In this document: one piece after another, positions 50,052 through 59,984 of the stretch
Numbering within the stretch: position 1 is the first letter of the stretch
How the letters are laid out: each line of letters begins with the position of its first letter
Source: an uncultured cyanobacterium
GTDB taxonomy: Bacteria > Cyanobacteriota > Cyanobacteriia > Cyanobacteriales > CAWUOF01
DNA: 64,000 nt
Assembly (NCBI GenBank): GCA_963744145.1
Contig: CAVUSO010000001.1
Coordinates: forward strand, 5,536,001-5,600,000
Direction: 5' to 3'
The notes under the pieces: model-generated
Told to the model about the DNA's origin: nothing
Databases searched by the model: none
The model's input: the letters and a program-made list of their open reading frames with translations, nothing else
Position numbers and translations under genes: made by a program

Positions 50052-50830
50052 CTGAAGAAAATCTGACATCAGCTTTCCTAGAAGCTAAATCTCTAACTCG
50101 GACTTTTGGCGGTTTAATTGCTGTCAATAATGTATCTTTTACAGTGGATAAACATGAAATATTTGGCTTAATTGGTCCGAATGGTGCGGGTAAAACCACC
50201 TTATTTAATCTGATGACTGGATTAATCCAAACTTCTAGTGGTGAAATGCTCTATCAAGGAGAAAGGATTTCTCAACTTCGTCCCTACCAAATTGCTACTA
50301 AAGGGATTGCTCGCACTTTTCAAAATATTCGGTTATTTGGGGATTTGTCAGCACTAGAAAATGTGATTATTGCTCGTCATGTTCATACCAAAAGCGGACT
50401 AATGACAGGAATTTTAGGATTAAAACCAGCACCGAGTGAAGAACGAAAATCTAGACAAAAAGCTTTGGAATTGTTAGATTTGGTGGGATTAAGCGATCGC
50501 AAATCAGAAAAAGCGAAAAATTTTTCCTATGGAGATCAAAGACGTTTAGAAATAGCTCGTGCTTTAGCTTTAGAACCCCAAGTTTTGTTATTAGATGAAC
50601 CAGCAGCAGGAATGAACCCGAATGAGAAACATCAGTTGAGTGAATTTATTCGCGAAGTGCGTCAAGTATTTAATTTAACAGTAATTTTAATCGAACATCA
50701 TGTACCCTTAGTAATGGGACTGTGCGATCGCATTGCAGTTTTAGATTTTGGTCAGTTAATTGCTTTAGGAAATCCCTCACAAGTTCGCAATGATCCAGCG
50801 GTAATTGAAGCTTATTTAGGAGATGAATAG
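50048..50830 (+). CDS. livG: Branched-chain amino acid ABC transporter ATP-binding protein
   Basis: [42 protein letters not shown] overlaps the livM stop. Confidence 0.92.
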   Translation: MTEENLTSAFLEAKSLTRTFGGLIAVNNVSFTVDKHEIFGLIGPNGAGKTTLFNLMTGLIQTSSGEMLYQGERISQLRPYQIATKGIARTFQNIRLFGDLSALENVIIARHVHTKSGLMTGILGLKPAPSEERKSRQKALELLDLVGLSDRKSEKAKNFSYGDQRRLEIARALALEPQVLLLDEPAAGMNPNEKHQLSEFIREVRQVFNLTVILIEHHVPLVMGLCDRIAVLDFGQLIALGNPSQVRNDPAVIEAYLGDE

Positions 50831-50901
50831 AAATTTTCCTCAAATGTATCCGATCTAGGGTAAAAATATCTCATGTAGTGTTTAAGCATCAGAGGAATAT
50901 C

Positions 50902-51624
50902 ATGACATCAGCTAAGATCCAATTGCTGGAAATTAGGGGATTATACGTCAACTATGGTGGGATTGAAGCTTTACAAAATGTTAATCTGGTCGTTCATGCT
51001 GGTGAAGTAATTACCCTAATTGGTGCTAATGGAGCTGGTAAAAGTACCACCTTAAGAGCAATTTCTAAAATAGTTAATCCGCGTCAAGGTCAGATCATTT
51101 ATCAAGGTAGAGAAATTACTCGTCGTCAAGCTCATGAAATAGTACGTTTGGGGATTGCTCATAGTCCAGAAGGACGGAGAGTGTTATCTAGACAAACTAT
51201 TTTAGATAATTTATTATTAGGTGCTTATATTCATTCTAACCAGAAAGAAATCAAAGCAGATTTAGAGCGTCAATTTGATCTATTTCCTCGTTTAGCAGAA
51301 CGTCGTCATCAACTTGCTGGTACTCTTAGTGGTGGAGAACAACAAATGTTAGCGATCGCACGAGCTTTAATGAGTCGTCCTCAACTTTTATTATTAGATG
51401 AACCGAGTTTAGGTCTTGCTCCCAATATTGTCCGCGAGATTTTTACCATTATTCAAAATTTGCGGGCGATCGGAGTTACGATTCTGTTAGTGGAACAAAA
51501 TGCTAATTTAGCTTTACAAATAGCCGATCGCGGTTATGTGTTAGAAGCTGGTACGATTACCTTGACTGATCAAGCCTCTGCTTTACTAATTGATGAAAGA
51601 GTTAAACAAGCTTATTTAGGCTAA
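50902..51624 (+). CDS. livF: Branched-chain amino acid ABC transporter ATP-binding protein
   Basis: GANGAGKST, PEGRRV, LSGGEQQMLA, DEPSLGLAP. Confidence 0.93.
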   Translation: MTSAKIQLLEIRGLYVNYGGIEALQNVNLVVHAGEVITLIGANGAGKSTTLRAISKIVNPRQGQIIYQGREITRRQAHEIVRLGIAHSPEGRRVLSRQTILDNLLLGAYIHSNQKEIKADLERQFDLFPRLAERRHQLAGTLSGGEQQMLAIARALMSRPQLLLLDEPSLGLAPNIVREIFTIIQNLRAIGVTILLVEQNANLALQIADRGYVLEAGTITLTDQASALLIDERVKQAYLG

Positions 51625-51812
51625 AATTAATTCATCTAATTAATATCAGAATATGTGGTGGTTATGCCCATGACAGTCAGCTCTTTGGGTCAAAGAAGTA
51701 AATGTCCCACAAATTTTACAATTATTTACAAATCTTTCCGAGTTTCTACGGATTACCACTCAAGAAAGTCCTTATAAACTCCTCAAAAGTTTTTTAATGA
51801 GGTAAAAAGATT

Positions 51813-52154
51813 ATGCCCGATTATGATAAACCAAGAGGAGAATATGTCGCACCTTGGCAACCAATTGCATGGCCATCCAAGAAAAGAGGAAACGAAAAAC
51901 GACAGCAAATTCTCGCTTATCATCAACAAAACCCTCATGCTACCTTAGAAACCATTGCTAAAGCAGTAAACCTATCTGTTACTCAGGTGAAAAGACACCG
52001 GACTAATTTAGTGATAGAAGGACGTTGGCTTTCGACTTTATTAATTTTCTTCGCGATCGGTCCAATTATAATTACTAGTTTACCAGACCTTGATCCAACT
52101 ATGGAAGAAATTAGCTACCTAGAAAATTGGGAGCCAAGACGACAAACTGCTTAG
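51813..52154 (+). CDS. Small HTH-like protein with a C-terminal hydrophobic segment
   Basis: GAGG RBS; QILAYHQQNPHATLETIAKAVNLSVTQVKRH; LLIFFAIGPIII. Confidence 0.6.
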   Translation: MPDYDKPRGEYVAPWQPIAWPSKKRGNEKRQQILAYHQQNPHATLETIAKAVNLSVTQVKRHRTNLVIEGRWLSTLLIFFAIGPIIITSLPDLDPTMEEISYLENWEPRRQTA

Positions 52155-52166
52155 TTTGCTGACATT

Positions 52167-52194
52167 CTGGATAAATTGTTAATAATTTATCCAG
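52167..52194. terminator. Hairpin after the HTH gene, possible terminator
   Basis: CTGGATAAATTG-loop-TAATTTATCCAG. Confidence 0.4.
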
Positions 52195-52304
52195 CTTGTC
52201 TACTACCATTAAAATAAAAATTTTCTGCCAGAGATTAGGAGTAATAAATGTTAACATCTCTGAGAAAAATTATGACTGAAATGAATTAACAGAAAACTTT
52301 AATT

Positions 52305-53180
52305 ATGACTAAACCTGTAAAACCAGCAGACATTGGTGGTAAACGTCTGATCAGCCTCGCTCCAGAAAATTGGGTCAAGTGGCTGCTCCAACTCCCAGAA
52401 ATTAAAGTCCAAGAAATAGTGAGTTCAGACTTTCAATGGGTAAGTCGAGAAAACGACATTCTTTTGAAAGTAAGCACCCCAGAAATTGGCAAATTCTTAG
52501 TGCTAAATGAACTGCAATTGCGCTACAATAACAGACTGCCCAGAAGGGTGAGAGCTTATACAGCGTTAGCGGAAGAGAAATATGAGTTACCCGTTTATCC
52601 AGTATTAATCAATATTATCCCTCATGTAGTGAACCCAGAAATCCCCACTTACTATGAATCTAACTTTCAGGGAATCCGGGTTTATCAAGATTATCGGGTA
52701 ATTAATCTGTGGGAAGTGGAAGCGCAGATCGTGTTTGAGCAAAAAATTCGGAGTTTATTGCCGTTTGTGCCGATCTTGAAAGGTGGAAAAGAGGAAAGTG
52801 TCGTCAGGGCAGCATTAAGAGAACTTAGAGCAGATGAAGATTTAAGCGAGTTAGAACCATTGTTCTCGTTTTTTGCATCTTTTGTGCTAGAACTACCATT
52901 AATACAGGAAATTATGAGGTGGGATATGACAGTCTTAATGGAGTCTCCTTGGTATCAGCAAATTTTGCAAGAAGGTGAACAACGAGGTGAACAACGAGGA
53001 CGACTAGAAGGAGAAGTACAGTTAGTATTGCGCCTGTTAAATCGTCGTGTCGGACTCTTAGATGAAACCTTGCAACAGCAAATTACTCGTTTGCCACTAG
53101 AACAATTGGAAGCATTGGGAGAAGCGTTACTAGACTTTTCCCTGGTGGAGGATTTACAGACTTGGTTAGCGCAGCATTGA
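52305..53180 (+). CDS. Rpn-family / DUF4351 domain protein
   Basis: KPADIGGKRL, LNELQLR, LLPFVPIL, ESPWYQQIL, LEALGEALLDF. Confidence 0.88.
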   Translation: MTKPVKPADIGGKRLISLAPENWVKWLLQLPEIKVQEIVSSDFQWVSRENDILLKVSTPEIGKFLVLNELQLRYNNRLPRRVRAYTALAEEKYELPVYPVLINIIPHVVNPEIPTYYESNFQGIRVYQDYRVINLWEVEAQIVFEQKIRSLLPFVPILKGGKEESVVRAALRELRADEDLSELEPLFSFFASFVLELPLIQEIMRWDMTVLMESPWYQQILQEGEQRGEQRGRLEGEVQLVLRLLNRRVGLLDETLQQQITRLPLEQLEALGEALLDFSLVEDLQTWLAQH

Positions 53181-53183
53181 AAG

Positions 53184-53240
53184 AGGGCGGGTTTTGAGCA
53201 GTTGTCGATCGGGGTAAACCTCTAGTATAAACCCGCCCCA
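53184..53240. repeat. REP-like hairpin
   Basis: GGGCGGGTTT ... AAACCCGCCC inverted repeat just after the stop codon. Confidence 0.55.
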
Positions 53241-53356
53241 CCAATCACACCGCTGTACTTCACCAATCTGGAATATGCTGTAATAGTAATAATAAGACAT
53301 TAGCAGCATTAGATTAATCAAAATTTTAGTCAACAAAACGCAGCTATGGATTAATT

Positions 53357-54001
53357 ATGACTGCAATCCAAACACCACTAATAACGGATACCTGGGTAAC
53401 AACTACTTGGGCAGAATATATCGAAATCATTGAAAAATTAGACTCTGAAAAAGGTAAATATTACTATTACAATGGACAAGCAAGGATAGAAATGTTACCA
53501 TTTGGTCCAGATCATGCTGATGATCATGGTATTATGATTATCTTAATCAATTTATTTGGTATGATTAAGAATATTCCGATGCGACTGTTAGTTAATTGTA
53601 GTTACCGTAAAACAGGAGTTAGGGAAGCACAACCAGATATATCTTACTATCTGAGAAAACGTACACAACTATCACCTCACGGTAGTTCGGTAGTCAATTT
53701 AGCTCTAACACCACCTCCTGATTTAGTGATTGAAATTGCTGATACTTCTTTCCTGGATGATTTGGGTCTAAAACGGATGCTGTACGAAGAGCTAGGGGTA
53801 TCTGAATATTGGATAGTAAATATAAAAAAACTTCAAATCATCGCTTTTAAAATTATTGCAGATCGAGGCAGTGAAAGGATTAGTGAGTCGGAAATTATCC
53901 CGGGATTAGCAATTGCTCTTTTAGAAGAAGGATTACAACGTAGTCGTCAAATGGATAATACAGAAGTAGGTAACTGGTTTTTTCAGAAAGTTAGCAATTG
54001 A
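53357..54001 (+). CDS. Uma2 family putative endonuclease
   Basis: QPDISYY, PPDLVIEIA, YEELGVSEYWIV. Confidence 0.9.
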   Translation: MTAIQTPLITDTWVTTTWAEYIEIIEKLDSEKGKYYYYNGQARIEMLPFGPDHADDHGIMIILINLFGMIKNIPMRLLVNCSYRKTGVREAQPDISYYLRKRTQLSPHGSSVVNLALTPPPDLVIEIADTSFLDDLGLKRMLYEELGVSEYWIVNIKKLQIIAFKIIADRGSERISESEIIPGLAIALLEEGLQRSRQMDNTEVGNWFFQKVSN

Positions 54002-54137
54002 AAACCTTGGCAATCTCTGGGGTGTTGTTTAACCATACCAAAAATCATTAATATCGGTTAATTTTCTAAACTTTCATCAGCATATTCCAAAACCTGTATA
54101 TTAGTGGAACTATCAATTTAACTGCAACAGTTGGGAA

Positions 54138-55375
54138 ATGACTCATACTGACAATCAAGATCCAAAAACAGCAGACCAGTTGGACTCTAAGGATTTTTCC
54201 TGACCTTATGGTCGCTTTTACCACTTTATCCCTATAGTAAACGACGGACAATCCGCGAAGAAATAGTTCCTGGTGCGGTTTGGACATTTGACCAAATTCA
54301 GGGTATTTTCTATGTAGTTGTGCCAATTCGCATGACGATCGCTAAACTTGAACCAGGGGGTTTACTGGTTTATGCACCTGTGGCACCGACTCCTGAATGT
54401 ATTAGACTGGTCAAAGAGTTAATTGCAGAACATGGTGATATTAAATATATAATTTTGCCAACCCTCTCTGGGTTAGAACATAAAATTTTTGTTGGTCCTT
54501 TTGCCCGATGTTTTCCCCAAGCACAGGTATTTGTCGCTCCCAATCAATGGAGTTTTCCCCTCAATTTACCTTTAAGCTGGCTCGGATTTCCCCCCAAACG
54601 CACAAAAATACTTCCCCTCGATAGTAGTCAAGCTCCTTTTGCTGAACAATTTAGCTATGCGATCTTAGGACCAATTGATCTGGGTACAGGACGATTTGGG
54701 GAAGTTGCTTTGTTTGACAAGCGATCGCGTACCTTATTAGTCACAGATTTAGTCATTTCTATTCCCCAAGTGCCCCCGGAAATCGTCCAGCTTGATCCCT
54801 ATCCCTTATTATTTCATGCCAAAAACCATGCTTGTGATCCAATTGAAGACAATTATTCTAATCGTTGTCAAGGGTGGATGCGGATCTGTCTATTTGCCAT
54901 GTATTTCACCCCAAGTGTTTTGGATGTAATTCCTTGGGGTCTAACCTTTCGTAATGCTTTTCAAGCCGCAGATCGTTCTCTCAAAGGCTATTTTGGTTTA
55001 TTTCCCTTCCAATGGCAAGATCATTGGCAACAGTCATTTTATGCTTTACGAGGAAATGGTCGTCTTTTTGTTGCTCCCATTCTGCAAACTTTGATTTTGA
55101 ATCGGGCACCAAGAGAAACAATTGACTGGAGTTATCAAGTAGCAAGTTGGAACTTTGAGCGCATTGTTCCCTGTCACTTTGATGCACCGATTCCAAGCGA
55201 ACCACAACAATTCAGACAAGCATTTGCTTTTCTCCAAAAGCAACCGATTGTCAGTGCTGGTTTATTGAATAGTAATACTTATCCTCTCCTAGAAAATGAC
55301 TTTAAACTCCTTAAAGAAATAGACGAAAACCTGGTTAAGAGTGGCTTAGTGCCACCCTCAAAAGACAGAATTTAA
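54138..55375 (+). pseudogene. DUF4336 domain protein with an apparent 1-nt deletion near 54201-54203
   Basis: ATG 54138 frame stops at TGA 54201; next frame reads LWSLLPLYPYSKRRTIREE...FDQIQGIFYVVVPIRMT; GLEHKIF and IVPCHF motifs. Confidence 0.75.
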
Positions 55376-55390
55376 ACCAAATGCAATCAG

Positions 55391-55882
55391 CTAACGATAA
55401 TTAGTAAATTGTAAAGCTACCGGCCAATCTTCTTGTTTGAGACGTTGCATTGCTAATTGTAAATCATCTTTCGATTTACTAGAAATTCTCACCGCATCTC
55501 CTTGAATTGAAGCTTGGACTTTTTTAATCTCATCCCGCATCAATTTCGTAATCTGTTTGGCAATTTCCTGACTAATTCCTTTTCTCAGCTTAATCTCTTG
55601 ACGGAGCCGATTGCCGCTAGCTGATTCTACCTTACCATAATCAAATATTTTTAAAGATAGATTACGCTTGACGGCTTTAGTCTGAAGGATACTATGAACA
55701 GCCTCTAAAGTCATCTCACTGCTAGTATTAATGACGATCGCCTCCTCACCTAATTCCAGCGTAGTTTTAGTATCCTTCAAATCATAACGAGTTTGAATTT
55801 CTCGCACTGCTTGGTCTACAGTATTGACCAATTCTTGACGATCAAAGTCGCTTACCACATCAAATGAGTAATTTTCCGCCAT
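55391..55882 (-). CDS. yajQ: YajQ family cyclic di-GMP-binding protein
   Basis: [30 protein letters not shown]. Confidence 0.95.
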   Translation of the reverse strand: MAENYSFDVVSDFDRQELVNTVDQAVREIQTRYDLKDTKTTLELGEEAIVINTSSEMTLEAVHSILQTKAVKRNLSLKIFDYGKVESASGNRLRQEIKLRKGISQEIAKQITKLMRDEIKKVQASIQGDAVRISSKSKDDLQLAMQRLKQEDWPVALQFTNYR

Positions 55883-55947
55883 AATGTCAATTATTAGTAG
55901 ATTAATTGGTCATTGGCCTTTAATTGCCTAATGACCAGTTAGCGTTG

Positions 55948-56451
55948 CTAATCAAAATAAAACAAAGTAATCACTCGACGTTGTTCTTCAGCTTCAGAGC
56001 AAGTCTGGAGCAGAGTATGACTGTCGTGAAAAGCAAAACAAATCAATTGCTGACAACGCGAGACAATTTCCTGATTGCACAAAGCACTAGCTTCACCTAA
56101 AGAAAGATGGTCATTGCCGGGGTTTTCCACCAAATGGATCACATGTTCTAATTGCGCTTGGGATTCACGGGGCTGACGCGCTAAACTTTGGGGCAAAATT
56201 ACTGTCAGCAAATTAATATCTGCTCGTAATGCACCGCGAATTGCGGCTGAGTTAGTGCCTGTTGCCCCAGAAGTAATCAGTCGATTGCCAGATAAAACTA
56301 GAGCATAACTCATCATTTCAATTAGATGCTGATGAGTGAGGGGAACATGACGAGAACCCAGGATGGCGATCCGTTTGGCACCAGTTTGCTGGATCGTGGC
56401 TAATTCCTGCGCCAGTTCATCTATTTTGGGTAAGTCTATTGATTGACTCAA
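55948..56451 (-). CDS. DprA/Smf-like Rossmann-fold protein (short cyanobacterial type)
   Basis: IAILGSRH, ITSGATGTN, CNQEIVSRC, FAFHDS. Confidence 0.8.
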   Translation of the reverse strand: MSQSIDLPKIDELAQELATIQQTGAKRIAILGSRHVPLTHQHLIEMMSYALVLSGNRLITSGATGTNSAAIRGALRADINLLTVILPQSLARQPRESQAQLEHVIHLVENPGNDHLSLGEASALCNQEIVSRCQQLICFAFHDSHTLLQTCSEAEEQRRVITLFYFD

Positions 56452-56744
56452 AATTACTAAAATTTACCAACTATGAATGGATTTTTGATCCCCTGAAGTA
56501 GGGATATATTGCCGGTCTATGGGCAAACAGAAGACCAGCAAAATCTGTTTCTCGTTTATTCGCCAATTTTTTTTGGGTAGAATATCAGAGTTTTGTTTTC
56601 ACTTCAAGAATAATGCCAGTCTCTTTTCTTTGGTTAAGGGTAAGGGACAGACATAATTCCGGGTTAACCACCGCCTAATTATAGCAGATCAACTAGCGTT
56701 GATCATGCTAAATGAACGAGCTAATGGGAGTTTTTGGGGTACGA

Positions 56745-57833
56745 TTAGATGGTCACGGCTGTGGCCAATCCTAGTTTAGCAATCAATCGATCAATCTGAA
56801 AATTTTCTGCCATCAACTGACGCATACATTCTACTTTGACAGGTTCAGCTAAACGGACGTGACCAAAGGAATTTTCAATGATTTTTACCGTAGTCAGCGT
56901 ATCAAGATCAACGGACAAAATCGGAATTTCTAAGTCTTCAGCACGGCTGAGAATGAGATCAGAAGGGGTGACTTGGCCGGTTAAAATTAGGCATTGAGTC
57001 GAAGTTTCCAAAGCAGTTAGCTGAATATCCGTGCGATCGCCCCCAGTTACCACTGCCATATTAGTGCCTTTGCGGAAATATTTCAGCGCTGAGTTGACAT
57101 TCATTGCCCCAATTTTTAGGCTTTCCACCATTAAATCTAGCCGATCGGCTCGACAAAGGATATCTGCCCCTAATTGACGAACTAATTCACCAACGCTAAC
57201 CGCTCTGAGCAAATTACTTCGAGGTAACATTCCGAGTACAGATATACCCTTTGCTTCCAGAAATGGCTGAACTGTGCCATAAACAGTTTCCATGTGTTGA
57301 GCGGAGATATCATTGAGACAAACACCGATTAATCTTGATCCCAACCGCTCTTGAGCTGTCAGAATTGCATCCACTGAGTAGACAGATTGAAATCGGGCTA
57401 ACAAAAGCACAGAAGCATCAAGTACCGCTGCAATTTGTGGTAAGGACAAACCAAACAAACTACCTTCGTCCAGTGTTCCTGGTCCTTCCAAGATCACTAA
57501 ATTGCCGTTGGAGATGTCCAGATATTGGGCTAAAGCAACCTGATAATCATGATGATCTTCACCAGCCAAGCGCTTAGTTAAGGTTGCCTCATCGAGCGAC
57601 AAAATCGGCGATCGCAGTCGATTTTCCGGTAAGTGCAGATACTGTGCTATGAATTCCACATCAGCATCGGTACCCGAGGGAGATGATTCGCTCGGACAAG
57701 TACCCAAAGGTTTACCGTAGAGAAGATCCAGCCCTTTTTCCTGGAGCTGATTGGCCATGCCCAAGATGGTTGCTGATTTGCCACTGTAAGCCTCCGTTGA
57801 CCCAATCAGCAGATACTTAGCGGATTTTGGCAC
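56745..57833 (-). CDS. Phosphotransacetylase-family (BioD-like/DRTGG) protein
   Basis: YSGKS, GKPLG, GAMN, TGGDRTDIQL. Confidence 0.88.
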   Translation of the reverse strand: MPKSAKYLLIGSTEAYSGKSATILGMANQLQEKGLDLLYGKPLGTCPSESSPSGTDADVEFIAQYLHLPENRLRSPILSLDEATLTKRLAGEDHHDYQVALAQYLDISNGNLVILEGPGTLDEGSLFGLSLPQIAAVLDASVLLLARFQSVYSVDAILTAQERLGSRLIGVCLNDISAQHMETVYGTVQPFLEAKGISVLGMLPRSNLLRAVSVGELVRQLGADILCRADRLDLMVESLKIGAMNVNSALKYFRKGTNMAVVTGGDRTDIQLTALETSTQCLILTGQVTPSDLILSRAEDLEIPILSVDLDTLTTVKIIENSFGHVRLAEPVKVECMRQLMAENFQIDRLIAKLGLATAVTI

Positions 57834-57887
57834 TAGCTCACTCCTATCTATAGATTAGTTGGTTGCAAAAAATTGCTTTTCCTCATT

Positions 57888-58262
57888 TTAGTCATCTATC
57901 CGTAGTAATTTCCGGTAAAATGTCTGAGGAAAATCTACTTGACGCGATCGCTTGTAATTCATCAGCAACTCAATTAAAAAACTCACAAACTCATGATTTG
58001 CCATCATCAGTTCATAACTGAGTTCAGCATTACCGTCAAATTGCACCCGACAGCGCGTCATATCTGCTGGTAGCATGGAAACATTCCAACTGGCCACAAA
58101 CGGAATGCTTTCTCCCGCTTCAATATGCCGCTGACCTTCTAAATTTTTCTGTTTATATAGACTAATCGCATGAGGTAACAAGGTCTTTTTATTGTCTTTA
58201 TAGTAGGGCAGATAAACCCCTACTTCCCTTTGGTCAGCTGGTTTAAGTTGTTCAAATGACAT
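57888..58262 (-). CDS. ebsA: Type IV pilus/secretion protein EbsA
   Basis: VYLPYY, LEGQRHIE, FVASW, TRCRVQFDGNAELSYE, DFPQTFYRKL. Confidence 0.8.
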   Translation of the reverse strand: MSFEQLKPADQREVGVYLPYYKDNKKTLLPHAISLYKQKNLEGQRHIEAGESIPFVASWNVSMLPADMTRCRVQFDGNAELSYELMMANHEFVSFLIELLMNYKRSRQVDFPQTFYRKLLRIDD

Positions 58263-58557
58263 ACTGGCAACTCAAAAAGTTAGTGCGGGCAAAAGAATTA
58301 ATCATTTAGCCTTTGTAGCGATCGGGCGATGTTTAGCGGCGAACACTACAGATTTATTTCTTATGATATGACAATCTTAGATACAATAAGGCTGCATTGG
58401 CTTTGATTGTAGCTGGATAATCCACCAAAATCGACCCTGGCTAGCCCAATCTATCAGAGAAATGCTCTCTCAGTGTGCAGGCTAGACAGTTAGGTGTTGA
58501 CTAATCCCCAGCTTTTTGAAATCTTTAGATAAATTTGGTGGTTGAATTAAATAACCT

Positions 58558-59961
58558 ATGCCGGTGAATTCCTGGCCTGAAAACGATTCTTATCGGGAGT
58601 TTGAGCCTCTTAGCTCCCTTTTCTCTGACTTATCTGAGTCAGATGATGTTCCTGCTGTTACCTATCCAGGTTACGCAGGACGTTGCTCCAAAGCCGCGTT
58701 GGTTTTAATGATTGTTTGGAGTATTACCATTGCCCTGCATTTATACTCTTGGGGCACCTGGTTAGTGTTGGGATTGACTACCATGCTGGGTATTCATGTC
58801 CTCCTTGTGCTTTTGGCTAAACCGCTCCCAACTCCTCCTGTGTCCTCACCATTGACCGAAAATTGCCCCTATATTTCTCTGCTGGTAGCAGCTAAAAATG
58901 AAGAAGCTGTGATTGGTCGTTTGGTGAAGACTCTCGCGTCATTAGATTATCCCATTGATCAATATGAATTATGGGTAATTGATGACAATAGCACCGATCG
59001 CACACCGATTTTGTTAGAAGCATTACAGCAGGAATACTCTAATTTAAAAGTGTTCCGACGTGGTGCTGGTGCTAGAGGTGGCAAATCGGGCGCTCTCAAT
59101 CAAGTTTTGCCCTTAACTAAGGGGGAAATTGTCGCAGTATTTGATGCTGATGCCCAAGTGACACCGGATCTGCTCCAACAGGTATTACCCCTATTTGCTG
59201 CTCCTCAAGTGGGTGCTGTCCAAGTCCGCAAAGCGATCGCTAATGCAGAAGTTAATTTCTGGACTCGCTCTCAATCCGCAGAAATGGCTCTGGATGCTTT
59301 TCTGCAACAGCGTCGCATTGCGATTAAGGGTATTGGTGAATTACGTGGTAATGGTCAGTTTGTGCGTCGTACAGCTTTGGAACGTTGTGGTGGTTGGAAT
59401 GAAGCTACCATTACTGATGACCTAGATTTAACTCTACGTCTCCATCTCGATCGTTGGGATATTCAGGTACTTGCTTCTCCTCCTGTGGAAGAAGAAGGAG
59501 TAACTGGAGCCATCTCCCTTTGGCACCAACGCAATCGCTGGGGTGAAGGTGGTTATCAACGCTATCTCGATTATTGGCGGTTAATATTTAGTAATCGTCT
59601 GGGTACTCGGAAAACTCTAGATCTCTGGGCGTTTATTCTGATTCAGTATATTCTGCCTACAGCCATGATCCCAGATTTCTTGATGGCGATCGCCCTCCGT
59701 CGTTTCCCGATCCTAGTTCCTCTAGGTAGTCTCAGTTTCTCGATTAGTCTGATTGGGATGTTTATTGGTCTTAGTCAGATCCGGAAAAAAACTAAATCTT
59801 TAGGATTAACTGATCGATTTGACATTCTGATCCAAACTCTGCGCGGTTCTTTTTATATGCTCCATTGGTTCCTGGTCATCTCCAGTACCACTGCCCGAAT
59901 GTCCATTCGCTCTAAACGTTTGAAATGGATAAAAACTGTTCATAAAGGAACTTTTGACTAA
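58558..59961 (+). CDS. mgdA: Beta-monoglucosyldiacylglycerol synthase (GT2)
   Basis: AAKNEE, DDNSTD, GGKSGALN, FDAD, ELRGNGQF, TDDLD, QRNRW. Confidence 0.85.
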   Translation: MPVNSWPENDSYREFEPLSSLFSDLSESDDVPAVTYPGYAGRCSKAALVLMIVWSITIALHLYSWGTWLVLGLTTMLGIHVLLVLLAKPLPTPPVSSPLTENCPYISLLVAAKNEEAVIGRLVKTLASLDYPIDQYELWVIDDNSTDRTPILLEALQQEYSNLKVFRRGAGARGGKSGALNQVLPLTKGEIVAVFDADAQVTPDLLQQVLPLFAAPQVGAVQVRKAIANAEVNFWTRSQSAEMALDAFLQQRRIAIKGIGELRGNGQFVRRTALERCGGWNEATITDDLDLTLRLHLDRWDIQVLASPPVEEEGVTGAISLWHQRNRWGEGGYQRYLDYWRLIFSNRLGTRKTLDLWAFILIQYILPTAMIPDFLMAIALRRFPILVPLGSLSFSISLIGMFIGLSQIRKKTKSLGLTDRFDILIQTLRGSFYMLHWFLVISSTTARMSIRSKRLKWIKTVHKGTFD

Positions 59962-59984
59962 TGATTTTTTGACCTAAATCCCTT

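Noticed and set aside
56452..56744. Possible ncRNA in the 290-bp intergenic region
   Set aside because: Only short hairpins are present and no recognisable RNA family motif.
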